Source: Selaginella moellendorffii (lineage: Eukaryota; Plantae; Lycopodiophyta). Taken from it: DNA of 64,000 nt. Positions 24,433 to 36,566 of the stretch are shown one piece after another (position 1 is the stretch's first letter; each line of letters opens with the position of its first letter). The translations under genes were made by a program, and so were the position numbers. The stretch is from contig NW_003314278.1 of NCBI RefSeq assembly GCF_000143415.4, positions 574,371-638,370 of the forward strand, given 5' to 3'. The notes beneath the pieces were generated by a model. The model was not told where the DNA came from and did not search any database. It worked only from the letters and a program-made list of their open reading frames with translations.

Positions 24433-25206
24433 ATGTCTATAATTTTAGTTCTTTTTATTTTAGTTATACATTGTAGAATTGTATTTGGTAAAATAGATAT
24501 AGATTGGGGTAAACATAATTCACTTACTGAGGAAGATATTAATATAATTGTAGGTCATATTAAAAAACTTGCACTAAAATTACATGAATCTCATCCTTAT
24601 CCACAAAATTATATTAATACTGATTTAATAGATATTGATGGAGGAGGTGTTGTTATAAGAATTCAACGTTTAGCTGAAAGTACCCCATATTGTTCTACAG
24701 GAATTTCAAATGGAAAACCAGTTTTAGGTGGTTCTCTCCAAAAATCAATAAATGAAATAATTAAAAAGGTAATAAATGATCTACTGCAAGCACTTTCTAG
24801 TGAATGTAGAATTGTGTCTAATAATTATCTTATTCAATATATATTAGTAACTCGTTGGAAACCATTGAATTATTTAGAAAATATAAATATAGTTTTCAGA
24901 TATTTTGAAAATTGTGATATTACTTTGACTACTTTAAGTGCTGGTTTCTCTGATCATATTTTATATAAAGGTAAATTTTTACAATCCCCAAATCGTATGA
25001 ATATACTATATATCAAAATGAATTGTAAACTTGCATTTGTTTCTGGAAAAACTAATTTATGGGAATCTCCAAATAATGAATATTTTGGAGAGTGTTTTTT
25101 AGATTTGCAAAATTATGGAAATTTAGTGTTATATAATTCTAAACGAAATGTATTATGGTCTCCCAATACGTATTGTTATGATAAACCAAACTGTTTAAAC
25201 TGGTAA
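24433..25206 (+). CDS. AT-rich intronless secreted protein with C-terminal bulb-type lectin domain, copy 2 (open for 257 aa, C-terminus frameshifted)
   Basis: Signal peptide, then LQSPNR...MNCKLAF...LWES...CFLDLQNYGNLVLY...VLWS, fitting B-lectin subdomains. A 34-nt deletion relative to copy 1 at ~25197 truncates it. Confidence 0.65.
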   Translation: MSIILVLFILVIHCRIVFGKIDIDWGKHNSLTEEDINIIVGHIKKLALKLHESHPYPQNYINTDLIDIDGGGVVIRIQRLAESTPYCSTGISNGKPVLGGSLQKSINEIIKKVINDLLQALSSECRIVSNNYLIQYILVTRWKPLNYLENINIVFRYFENCDITLTTLSAGFSDHILYKGKFLQSPNRMNILYIKMNCKLAFVSGKTNLWESPNNEYFGECFLDLQNYGNLVLYNSKRNVLWSPNTYCYDKPNCLNW

Positions 25207-25390
25207 GCTACTTGACAACATATCCAAGCAGAGCTTGGTGGGCATTAGATTATTCTAAACATATTGGCTGCTTAAGCTAGAATTGTCTTACTGAATAGAA
25301 AATAATTTGCTCTTCAAAATGCCATAATATTTACAAGAATTGAAGAATCCGTCCTCTTCATTCCTCTTGACCTTCAGAACTAGCAGCCAA

Positions 25391-25443
25391 GGGGGACATG
25401 ACTAGAAATCATGTGGGCTTGCCTGCGCAGGTTCGAATCCAAC
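25391..25443 (+). pseudogene. tRNA-Ser(AGA) fragment, copy 2
   Basis: Perfect anticodon stem-loop CATGA-CT-AGA-AA-TCATG, variable arm, GGTTCGAATCC T loop. 5' half missing. Confidence 0.75.
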
Positions 25444-25849
25444 CTTGATTTTCTTCATTTTCTTTTAATCACCTTACTTTGTTTACGCAATTTGGACGAG
25501 TAAAACACACAAAAGTAAAGAAACCAAAGTAACTAGTCCACATTGTTCTCAGTTTCTTCATAAACACTTTGTCGTTCCCCCTGGCGTCCTCCATCAGATC
25601 ATCCCGCCCCTCGTCTTTGGTCTCCTCGCTATCTTCCTGGATCTCATGCTTGATTATCACTTTCCTCCCCACCAAGTTCGTCTCCACCACCGCTGCCTCT
25701 TGTATCCTCGTCATGCCGCTCGACGTTCCTCCTCCTCCTCCCCCTCCTCCCGCTGCCACCGTCTTCTTTCTCTTGGCTCGCAGCACCGCTGTGGATGCCG
25801 GCCTTGAATTTCCTCCTCCTCTTGACTGTCCCCATGACGTCCTCCAGGC

Positions 25850-26300
25850 ACTGGAACCGAGAATGTGTTAAGAACCACCGAGAGGACCACCTGATCCGGC
25901 ACGGTTGTTCATGGATGCTCCTTTGCCTGAACCAGATACCCATTCCGGGCATACACCAGGATCAGGGTGTTGCATGCTTCAACAGTCATCAAATTGTCTA
26001 ACGCTGTACGGCCTCCCCCACCATGCCGTGGGGCATCAAGTTGGCGGCCTTGATAAACTGGGCAAGAAGACGCTGGCAGCGATGGAATCCGAGGCTGGGA
26101 CGCTCTGGGCTGCTTCTCGTGTATGCAATGAGCAGCAGGCTCCACCCCAGCGCCTTTTTGTGTGGCATCCAGTTTCTCGCTCCCACCACCTTGCCATAGC
26201 GGGCATAGGCCGCCATCATCTGATCCACCACCACGACTTGGCTCGAGGGAGAGATGATAACATCTGCCTGGCGTCCTCCAAATGCACATAGGCCTCGAAG
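25850..26300 (-). pseudogene. PLS-class PPR gene fragment
   Basis: MMAAYARYGKV..AR..MP..ALGWSLLLIAY and VEACNTLILVYARNGYLVQAK resemble PPR S/P motifs. Frameshifted. Confidence 0.55.
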
Positions 26301-26546
26301 ATCACCCGGAGGGGCTTTCATGGCAGAAAATCCTCATAGCGCTAAACGATTTTCAATCACATCAACTGTTGATGATATATTTAAAAGAGCAATGCCCATA
26401 TTTTGAAGAGATGATTTTCATGACTCACAAAAGCGCCTTCCCCTCCCAATTCCTCATATGGAGCTCCATGATAATTAACACTTTCTCAAAATCAAGTTAA
26501 TTCCTCAGTGTCCAAGAGCGTTTGCAAAGCTGTCATATAATGCCCA

Positions 26547-26738
26547 TGTTATGATCTGGCACAAAAATATAGAGATTTAATCTTCCTAAACTATGCTACA
26601 TTTCCTTTTAAGGTTCCTCCCACCCAACCACCCCTGAACTACCTCAAAAACTCCATTGTGCCATTGCTTAATATGCCCATGAACCTCCCTTTGACCAACG
26701 TTGATTACATGGTCAAAGGTGGCGTTTAACAATTCTTC

Positions 26739-26769
<31 letters not shown>

Positions 26770-26790
26770 AGACAACAAAGTCTTCAATGT
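26547..26790 (-). mobile_element. Gypsy PPT plus 3' LTR remnant (LTR 26547-26731), same family as the element at 1-2386
   Basis: Reverse complement reads gactttgtt-(G28)-caggaagaat-TGTTAAACGCCACCTTTGAC...CAACGTTGGTCAAAGGGAGG...GATCATAACA, colinear with 2138-2386. Confidence 0.8.
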
Positions 26791-26834
26791 GCCCTCCACC
26801 AATTTGCTTGCTGGGTGCACTAAACTCTCCCCAT

Positions 26835-27200
26835 TGCTACTGGAATGGACATTCAATCTTCACTGCTATTAACCACAGCCGTGTGCTCGGGACTCTTGTA
26901 CTTGTCATTGCTCAAAACCTGAAAGAAAACATTAACTTTGACTAGTCAGTCAACATTAGTAAACGAGACGCTGACCTGGGTCTGGTCACCCAGATTGACC
27001 ACGAACGAGTACAGTATGGGCTTCACGGAGTACCACTTGTCATTGTGCATCACCTGGAGACCCTCGATGTGATATTGGAGAAGCAGCGTGATCGATCCGG
27101 GGTCCAAGTGTGGGGCAATTCCCAGCACCAGATCGGGCTCGGGGCAAGCGGGATAGAAGTTGAGAACCATGACTTGTGAGCAGCCATGGGACAATCCTGG
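26835..27200 (-). pseudogene. 2-oxoglutarate/Fe(II) dioxygenase 3' fragment (two exons)
   Basis: NFYPACPEPDLVLGIAPHLDPGSITLLLQ...GLQV...FVVNLGDQ|VLSNDKYKSPEHTAVVNSSED*MS. HxD...H is present, the Arg of the RxS motif is a TGA, and the 5' half is missing. Confidence 0.85.
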
Positions 27201-27799
27201 ACTATGGCAGAGTGTGGAACACTACTCCGCGATGCTGATGAGACTATTGGAGCTGGGATCTTGACAGTGACCGTTTAACATGTCCCAGCATCATCTTTCC
27301 CTTCCCGGGCCCCCGGACCAAATGCTCCGGATTGCTGCCATCGCTAAACTTGTCATTGCTGTTGTGCTCCACCATCTCCTCCTTGACATGCCTCCTCTTG
27401 AGATGGAGGTTGAGCTTGTACTCGTAGAAGTAGCACTTGTCACAACCTTTGTAAGGGCACGCGAATGGTCGACCGCCACCAATTGCTGCTGCTGCTGCTG
27501 CTGCTGGTTAGAGAAAAGCTGGGAAGGGACTTGACATACACTCGTTCTCTTCTGAACAACAGACACAGTCCAAGAAGTATCCAAAGAATTCTGGGATGTA
27601 CAAACGGCAAGACACAAGTGACAAGACAACAACGACGATGGCGACGATGGCTTACCTTCTTCTCTGAAGGAAACAGAAGGGAGGAAAAAATCTGCTGGCA
27701 TCAAGTCTTCATTGTTTTTGCAAGCACGGTGCAAGTTTTAGGGGCATTTCCCTCAACCAGTGCAACGTCTAACTTGCTTAAGGTGCTTGATGAAGTGCA

Positions 27800-28050
27800 A
27801 GATGGACTTGAGATGGAGTCCGAGATGGACCCGAGATGGACCCGAGATGGAACCAAGATCGAGTTCGAGATGGACCTGAGATCGAGTCTGAGATGGATTT
27901 GAGATGGAGTCTAAGGTCGAGTCTGAGATGGACCTGAGAAAGAGACTGAGACCAAGATCGAGACCGAATCAGAGACTGAGTTCGAGATTGAGACTGAGTC
28001 CGAGTTCAAGTCTGAGTCTGAGCCTAAGTCCGAGTTCGAATCCGAGTCCA
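27800..28050 (+). repeat. Degenerate 11-12 bp tandem repeat (GAGATGGACCC / GAGTCCGAG units)
   Basis: Seen directly. Shorter versions at ~9780-9880 and ~10190-10320. Confidence 0.7.
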
Positions 28051-29064
28051 ATGGTGAAAGCCCAAAGTGTTTGTCTCCTAAACCCTAGGGGGTTTGATGA
28101 GCTCCAAAAGTATAGTAAGGGGGAGGACTTTAATGGAGCCAATTTAGCCAAGGAAGGTTATACTCATGTATTAAGTGATGATATAATCACTAAGGAATCC
28201 AAGGCTAAAGTAAATATAGATAAACAAGTGTAGTTTGGTGAAGTGTTCAAGAGCCAGCATTAGCTCCCCTAAGAGATTAAATGGTTGATGCTCCTAATCC
28301 AAGTGTGGGTGGTATTATCTATTTGGATATTTAGCATGGCTCATCAGAACCTCTATAACCACATGGCTAAAGCACCCAAAGGCAGAAGGTGGGGGAGAGT
28401 ACCCACGAAGCTTATGTAGGACCACTGTGTTTTGAAATGTCATCCCAAAGTTTTAGACTGTGGAAAGGAAGAAAAGTAGTCCTTTTGTGTTATGATCACA
28501 TGGTGAAGAAGTCCTAAAGGTTAATGGGACTTAATGGTCGGGCCTTTAAGCCTTGACCTAGTGGTAGTGTCGGCAAGCGTGGTAGTGGATAGGGAGTTGA
28601 TGGGAACTAAAAAATTGATATTGGGGAAGGGTGTTCTCCATATCTTTCAACATTTTAAAGATGCTAAAGTGTGGTCATGGGATGATCACTTATGGATAGT
28701 GTTTGGGAAATATGTATGTGATGTAGGTGGTCTTTGACCACCGATATAACAATGGTGTAATGGGTTGATATCTTGGTGGTATTTTTGGGTGTCAGTCATG
28801 GGATTAGACACATGGAGTACTTAGAACAAGTATAAAGGCTAGATGGTATAGATGTCATTTATGGGGCTAGCATGTTTTAAATCAAGAATAGGACATATGG
28901 AGGTGGTGAGCGAGACTCTTCTAAGTGGTCAAAAGTATGGTTAAATGATTAAAGTAAAATGGAAAATTTAGTCGCTTACATGATACACTAGTGTTCCTTG
29001 TGGGAAGGTGGTTATGGATGTAAACAGCCATGTTAATAGCTTCATTCTAAAAAGAGTTGGATCA

Positions 29065-31750
29065 TGATAAAGTGCAAATTAATCAAATACCTTTGTTTAA
29101 CAAACTTAAAATTCAAGCAAGAGTTAGAAACATATGCTAGAAAACTCTAAAGTATTGAAGCAATTGAGCTTTATAACAAAAACAAAATGATTCAAAAATC
29201 TCTAGAATTGTTCAAAAAAATCTGGGAGTGAGTTATATAATAATAGCATTAGGAGTTTGTTGATCCAAGCCAACACTTCAAATTGCCATTGTAGTGCCTA
29301 AGTTATCTTTTAAATATCACATGTTAACCAAAACTACATAAAAACATATATATGGATGAGCATGGTTTACACCATATAGTATATTTATGCATGTTCAACT
29401 AGTGTTTTAAAGGATTATTGAAATTTGGTATTGCTTTTACATAAGGACAATTTTAACTCTACACGAAGTAAGATCCCAGCTGCAGGGACAACTTTTCTTC
29501 AACCATTTCTGTAAGAGTTAGAGCTTCTCTTCAAAGAAGGTGTAGAAGTCATATATTGTTTTCCAGGAGGTTTTGAGTATTGCCAATTATGCTAAATCAA
29601 AGAGTTATTTATGTGATTCTTGAATTCAATCATTTTGCATAATACAAGATTCTCAAGATGTCAAATAGTGATAAAATTAGATATAGGAGATGCCATTAGG
29701 AGACAATTAATGTTATTATTTTATTTAAATTCATAGAGCCACATAAAAGGATTGAAAGAATGGTGTTTGAAAAATTAAAACTATAGAGCTTGATGGTTTA
29801 CAAGTCCATCTAAAAGAAGTACAATAAAATAAAGGGATTCAAGGAAAGTCATTACTATTGAAACTAAAAACACATATTTATAACTATATATTTTTCTTAC
29901 TATTTTTGTAACTTGTTTTTGCAGACTCTATATTTTAGAAGCATGCATTATGGAACCAATACATACTCTTGCAATTAACAACTGCAAGAAAATCAATAAA
30001 GTGGTTTTTAGAGTCATGACTAAAATTAAAACAAAGGTGAGGATGATGATTATTCATTGACCATTTTAACAAGATGATATAACGTTAACCACCATAAAAT
30101 CCTTTTCTTGGCTCATGAAAATGAATAAGGTTTTCTTTTAATGGTATACTTTATATGTGATATTGGTTGGAGATGCCTTGATAGAATAGTTGAGGCTCAT
30201 ATTAAATATTATGACCATCTTCTATAAGCCAGAGATTGACATTTGAGACCATGTGGACAATTAAAGCTATTAAATGGCAATTCATATATGTCTATATTAG
30301 AATAATATTTAGGATAAAATCTCACTGACAACATCTTTATTTATGAAGAGCATATAGTGCTAAAAGTGAGTTCCAGGTTTTGTATGAAATCCCCACTAAT
30401 TGAAAATAACATGGTTGAAACATCATAAGAGGTGTGAACTAATTTTTGGTATGATTTTTACTTAACTTTTTTTTTCTACAGATCATTCTTCAAAAGTATA
30501 AATTTGCTAAAGATCAAAGAAACTAATAAGTTACTACCACTAGAAAGTCTGAAGAAGATCTTAGGATCTTACTTTGTTACATTATAAATAACATAAAAAT
30601 TGTGCCCTTACAATTTATAGCTTTGTTGTGGAAAAAAAAAAGGGATCCTTAGCTTATGTTTACAAAAAACTAAAATCATTGTTAGCCATTTAATACCAAT
30701 GATTACAAAATGTAGAGTTATGTTCGGTTTGGAGGGAACTCATAGAAAAAAAAAATGGCCCCATCTTTGATGCCAACACAAATGCAATTTGAATAATCTA
30801 AGTATGTTAAACTATATAGTTTTTATTATGTTTTTGGTTTGCTTAGAGTAGTGTAGAATATACTTGGATATTCTAGGATATTCTACTATCTAATGATTGT
30901 TATTCACTTAGATTAATCTTGTATTTATAATTTTATAGATATAACTATAATTTATAAACTTTTCTAAATACTTCCCTGTATATTCTAGTTTATTTAATGG
31001 TTGATATGTAATAAGATTAATCTTTATAAACTTCCAGTTAATCAATTATATTATTAAATAATAAGCAATACTATTAAGCAAACCAAATGTTGCTGCATGC
31101 AACATGCAGCAAATTATTATAATTTTACTTATCAGAAAATTTATATTATTGAGACTTATTTAATAGCAAAGTAGTATAAGAATTCTAATTACAATGTTTA
31201 AGGCACTTTTTTCTGTTTTTTTTTCTTAAATATCACGTTTTTAGAGGTAGGCTAGAGGTAGATAAATACACTATATGACATATTTTAACTCTTGATTTTA
31301 TGCATTCTGATCATATATACAATCTTCCTATTGGGAGTTTGCTGAGGGAAGTTTATATTCTCCCTCACTATAATACTTTTTGGTGGTGTTTTTATATAGT
31401 TTTAGATATGGTTTCACATCAATTTCCAGAAGTATTTTCCAAAAACAGCAATATAAATTTTAGTTGAGGACATAGTAGAACTTTAAGGAAGGCTTGCCAT
31501 ATTGTGGAGGTTACATTAATGCAAACTATATAGATAAAATTGTTGGAGAGCATTGATAATGTTCCAAAAACTTCATACTTGAAAGATCCATCCTGTAATT
31601 CTTAGTGAATAATATTAAGTTTTTGTTTACTTACATAGGCAAACAAACACTTTCAAGGATGGATGAGTTAAAGACATTGCCGTTTGATATTGGATAATAT
31701 AGGCTTATAATAAACTGGGTAGATTAGATGGTCGGCTGTGACATGAATAA
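29065..31750 (+). mobile_element. Degenerate CACTA-like transposase remnant, copy 2
   Basis: Near-identical to 11390-13950, with the same FLQPFL*ELELLFKEGVEV remnant at ~29490-29555. Confidence 0.4.
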
Positions 31751-32389
31751 TTTGATCAAACTATAATCTATATGAATAATTATATAGCATATAAACTCTA
31801 GAAAACTATTTGGATAACAATGTTTCAGTGAAAAATAATTTATTTGAAAAACTATACACTATCTAGGCTATAAGAAAATTATGTGAAAAAGCCATATGAA
31901 AATGAAAGAATGTATTAGTGCACTAGAGTAAAAATAACCATATAAAATTTATACATAATGCTAAAATTATATTAAAAAAAACAATACCAAAAGGATAACC
32001 GGCACACTAGGTGGGAAAAGCCGTGTTTGATCGCTTCGTGGAGTCTGGACAGTGGCTCCAGTGACTTGGCTTGTTACATCCTCATGGTCAAGCTCTATTG
32101 CAGTGCAGGCCTGTGGAAGGAGCAATCGCTCGTTTTGCAAACCATGGCAGCCAAGTTTGGCATTTCCTGGATTGTCAATGGACAAGCAAACAGGTGGCAT
32201 TGTAGTGGCTACACTCAATCCTCTTGAGTAGTGACCAAAGGGATCGGCACTGCAGCGTGGGAGTAGAGAGAAGATCGAGGTATAGTTTCAAGAGATCGTG
32301 AAAAGATCTTTACATATACTTCCAGCACAGCTATAAAAAATTGGAAAACCTGAAAACACCGACATTTCTCAAGTGTTTATCGTTGGCTG

Positions 32390-33800
32390 AGCACCTAAGT
32401 GATCTCTTGCGTGCGTTCCACGCATTGAGCGCATCCTGGGGACTTGGTGACTTGACGACCAACAAGAGTCTTGAGCATGCTATCGTAGAACCTCTTTTGC
32501 CCCCTGGCAAGCTCCGCTTCACCGCCAAGGGTAGGCATCTTGTTATACCCTTGTACCGTCCTGCAAGTCTGTCAATACCAAAGCGCTTGGAAACGCAGCT
32601 CTTACCTGATGAAGAAGCGGCCAACCGGGTGAAGACCATTGGGGATTCTCATCTTGATCTTAGCGAAGTCCTTCTTCCACGTTTCGAAGTTGTTCTGTAA
32701 TTCGGTGCGGGTGAAGCTTGGAGTGAATTTCTTCGGATTCACCTCCATCTTTTCTTCCGGGAACTCTGCGCACACGACCACAAATAGCTAGACGGGCAGC
32801 CGTTTTTGCAGTCATTTACCTTGCAAGCTGGCCTGATCAACCTGATGGTTCTCCACCCAAACGAAACCATCTATTTCCAGGATTCCGTAATACCAGTCAT
32901 CCTTGTCACCGGCCTAGAAGACGATATGTCAGCGCTCATGATCCAAGTGACTAACTATTCTTACCATGGTGGTAACTGGCGGTCTGTAGCTCTTCGGACG
33001 CGCTGCTGTCTCCAGGAGTTCCTGTATGGCGTACATAGCTGGCTGGTAGAGATTCTCGACGCCCGCGTGCGTTTGAAATCCAGCGTCACCTTGAGCCGCA
33101 GGCCACGAAGCGTGTAGCGTTTAGTGTATACGTAGTGCCTCGGAGAAGAATTGCTCGCAGACTGAGGTTTTATCAGCAGGTCATCTGTTGAAGAGTCCAA
33201 AGACTCTCAGAGTTGGGAAGGTTTTGCGCGTCAACCTGGGTCGCCTGTCTTCCTTGTCAGCCTCATACTGGAGCACAAAGTCCGCTTTTTTGTCAGATGG
33301 CGATGACGGGGCTCCTTTTCAAGTTCGCGGGGCCTTGTAAAGCGGCCAAGGTTCCGTAGCATCCTGTCCAGTATCGGTGCGACCTGCATCTCTCCTTTGC
33401 AATCACCTTGGAACGCAGTCGAGTAGGCCACATCGTTGGCGATGAGCTTGTTGACGCAATGAAGAGCCAGACATCTCCACGGCAGCAAACCTATCGTATG
33501 AGGGCATCTGATGCTTGCATAGAGAAGAAATGATTTTAACTTTTTTACCGTGATCTTCATGACTAATGGAGGGGAATATAAAAGTGTTCGACAAGATGAA
33601 ATTCCGGGGCTCTTTTGGACTGTGCTCAGGATATGTGGAGAGCAGAAGGGACAGGTAGTGCTAGAGGTCCTACCTGAATTGGAGAACCATATGGAAGTGG
33701 CCGATGCTCCAATGCTTGCTACTTGCTTGAGTAGCAGCTGGAGAATAGGCTTCGGGACTTTCCAAGCTGGAAGTTCTGGAGAGAAGCATGGCTATCCACC
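32390..33800 (-). pseudogene. 'Gene X' remnant, unit 3 copy
   Basis: Colinear with 14478-15870, with different indels. Confidence 0.4.
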
Positions 33801-34187
33801 ACTCATTTAAGTTTTTATAAAGTGTGCAAATTATTAATTTTTTCCTTGACAGTTTACTAGGGGGGAGTGTATCACATAATTGTTTCCCTGAAATCACATT
33901 CAAATACTTATCAATCAGTTCTTTCAAACATTCTCTTCTGCTAGTAATATTCTGTTGATATTGAAATCCAAGTAATTCACAAACCTATATCTTGGAATCG
34001 AAGTGTTCGGTTTTGAAATATAAATAAGTTCTATAGCACATTTGTATAAGTCAACTCAATTAGAATGCCTTTGAGCTGCTATCTTAGAGCCGAGAGAAGT
34101 TCCGCTTTATTTTCAGTCTTGTCTTGGCAAATTTTACCATAGAGCATTAGCCAATATAAAACCTTTCAAGAACCCTAATTTCTGGCA

Positions 34188-35379
34188 ATGGCGGCAACTG
34201 GAGGCGCGTGGCGGAAATCCGTGGCGCCATCGAATGCTCGGAATGGATTCCTGGAAGCACGATCGAGATTGAATGCGGGCACATTCCGGCAACAGCAGCA
34301 GCAGCGAGGATTTCAAGTGATAACGGCAGCTACACGACTGTTCACAGAGAGCGGAAGCCGATGGTGAAATTGCGTGGTATAGGGTTCTTGCCTCCTGATT
34401 TTCTTGTTTCCTCGCTGCTGGCCCAATCTCAACATTGTCTTGTATCCCGATCCCAAGCTCCGCGCGAGGAACATCCGCATCAATTCCTTTGATGATAACC
34501 TCAAGAAGCTTGTCGATGAGATGCTGGACGTGATGTACAGGTATGTTCTTCGCGAATTTCATCGCTGCCAAACGCTGGCATGCTTTGTTTTCTTGTCTTC
34601 TTTTCTTTTTTGCCAGGACAGATGGAGTAGGCTTGTCCGCTCCACAGGTAGGCGTCAATGAACATCCGCATCAATTCCTTCAATGATAATGTCAAGAAGC
34701 TTATGCTGGACGTGACGTACAGGTATGTTCCTTGCGAATTTCATCACTGTCCAACGTTGGCATGCCTTGTCTTTCTTTTCGTTTTCGCCAGGACAGATGG
34801 AGTAGCCTTGTCCACTCCACAAGTATGTGTCAATGCCAAGCTCATGGTCTTTACTCCCGAGGGCGAAAGAGGCAAAGGCAAAGGGTACGTTTTCGTGAAT
34901 CCAATGATTGTCAAGTTTGGGAAACAGCAAGAAGCTGATACTCTAGAAGGATGCCTACCTTTTTATGGCGCTCAAGCCGATGTCTAGGTACTATTCCTTT
35001 GTACATAGAGATTCTCTTTTATAGCTTGCGTCTTTGTTTCCAGAGACCGATATCAATCCAAGTTGAAAGCTCAAGACATCAATGGGAAGAAATTTGGTAC
35101 CGCCTTCAGGGGCTGGACTGCTCGAATTTTCCAACATGGAGGTAATGTCTCCTTTGTTTTTTTTCTGTGCAAACATCAAGGTGGCCATGGTATTTGTTCG
35201 CACAGGGTGTCCTTTACATCGACCAGATGACTCCAAAATCACTGAACTCAATTGGACAAAAACTTTTGGTAAGAGATTCCATAGTTGTATGTGCCCTCAT
35301 GTCGGCTTTGTTTGCAGAATCTGGAAGAGGAAGAGGTCTGCGACGCCTCGTCCCAATGCGGTTAAAGACAATCTGTTAA
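34188..35379 (+). pseudogene. PDF1B: PDF1B-like pseudogene, copy 3, with an internal tandem duplication
   Basis: Transit-peptide-like start MAATGG... The segment NIRINSFDD...PQV occurs twice (~34470-34659 and ~34660-34835). HEYDH is deleted and there is a TAG after ADV. Confidence 0.85.
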
Positions 35380-36566
35380 GTTTGATTCCGCTCATCTCCT
35401 GCGAAGATGCTTGGTTCGATTACGCGCTCCGTTTTCAACTTACCGGAAACTTCAGCTGACGAAGAACAATAAGCCTAAAAGCGAATCCAACCGAGCGGTG
35501 AGTGCCTTGCTTTTATTTCCATCGTAGAAGATGGCTAGAAGCTGAACCTTTTCTCCTTTTCTTTTCTTGTGTGATATTTTTTCAGAGTTTCAGAGTTGAC
35601 GATCCCGCGCCACACGAACTACCATCTGAAAGCAATATGGCCAACCTTCATATCATCCTGGTTAACGCTGAGAAGAGAATCAGAGCACTGACTGCCTCCA
35701 AAACTACATCGGTGAAAAAGGCCAGAAGAAGTGTGAAGAAGAAACATGGCCAGCTAAGTGAAGCTCCGTTGGGCGGGCCTTTTGTGTTGCCTCTCCTGAG
35801 GAGCCCAAGGAGGAGCTCTTGTTTTCCTGAATTTCCTGAAGTTCTTTCATACCCGACAACGGTTTATAGCAGCAAGGCTGACGCAATGCAGTTCCGAGGA
35901 AGAGTTGTGGCCATCACGGGTTGATAGATGGAGGTTTAGCAGTCCAGATGAAGACCTTTCTATTGGCTCGAGCACTTCAGCAGATTTCGGTCAGATTACC
36001 GGTCAGAATTCGGTCTTAAGGAGAGAGAGTTTGGAAGTCCCATCTCTAGGAACTTTGGGACAACTTCGTTATTCTCCAGGTGCTTTAATTCAAGCAAGAT
36101 ACTCGAGCAACGTTGCGGCAGAAAGAAATTGCAGCGCTCCGGGCGAGGAAGTGGTCCGAGTCTTCCGGACGGAGGCGCGAAAATGAGGATATGTCCGGGA
36201 AAGCAGGTGTATCAACACAGGGAAGGCCGAGTTGCGACTCAGGAATTCAAACGCAACAACAGAGGTGGCGGCGAAAGTTCCGAAAGACCAGCGTCCGGAA
36301 TCGGGAGAAGCAACTAGACGACGGCCAGGATGTTGAGATCGGCGTGGAAGGCTAGCAGGCAAAGTAAACAGTGTGGGCGCTAACCTCGTGTTTTTGCAAA
36401 AACTTGCAGGAGGATACGTGCGGGATTGAAGTTTCCGCAGTTGCCAAGTAAGACTTAGCACTCTATAAAATCCTCTTTTTGATAAGGAGTTGCGGTCATG
36501 TTTTCAAGCTATCCTTTTATTCTTCTCTTCGCTCTTGATCTTCGACATTGTGAGGCTTTTTCCAGT

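Noticed and set aside
22014-27200. Lipase + lectin + 2OG dioxygenase as a biosynthetic gene cluster
   Set aside because: The dioxygenase is a 5'-truncated fragment with a stop in RxS, and this lipase copy is disabled; no signature synthase is present.
27800-28050. Regularly spaced short repeats as a CRISPR-like array
   Set aside because: Degenerate head-to-tail units without unique spacers, in a eukaryotic context with no cas genes.
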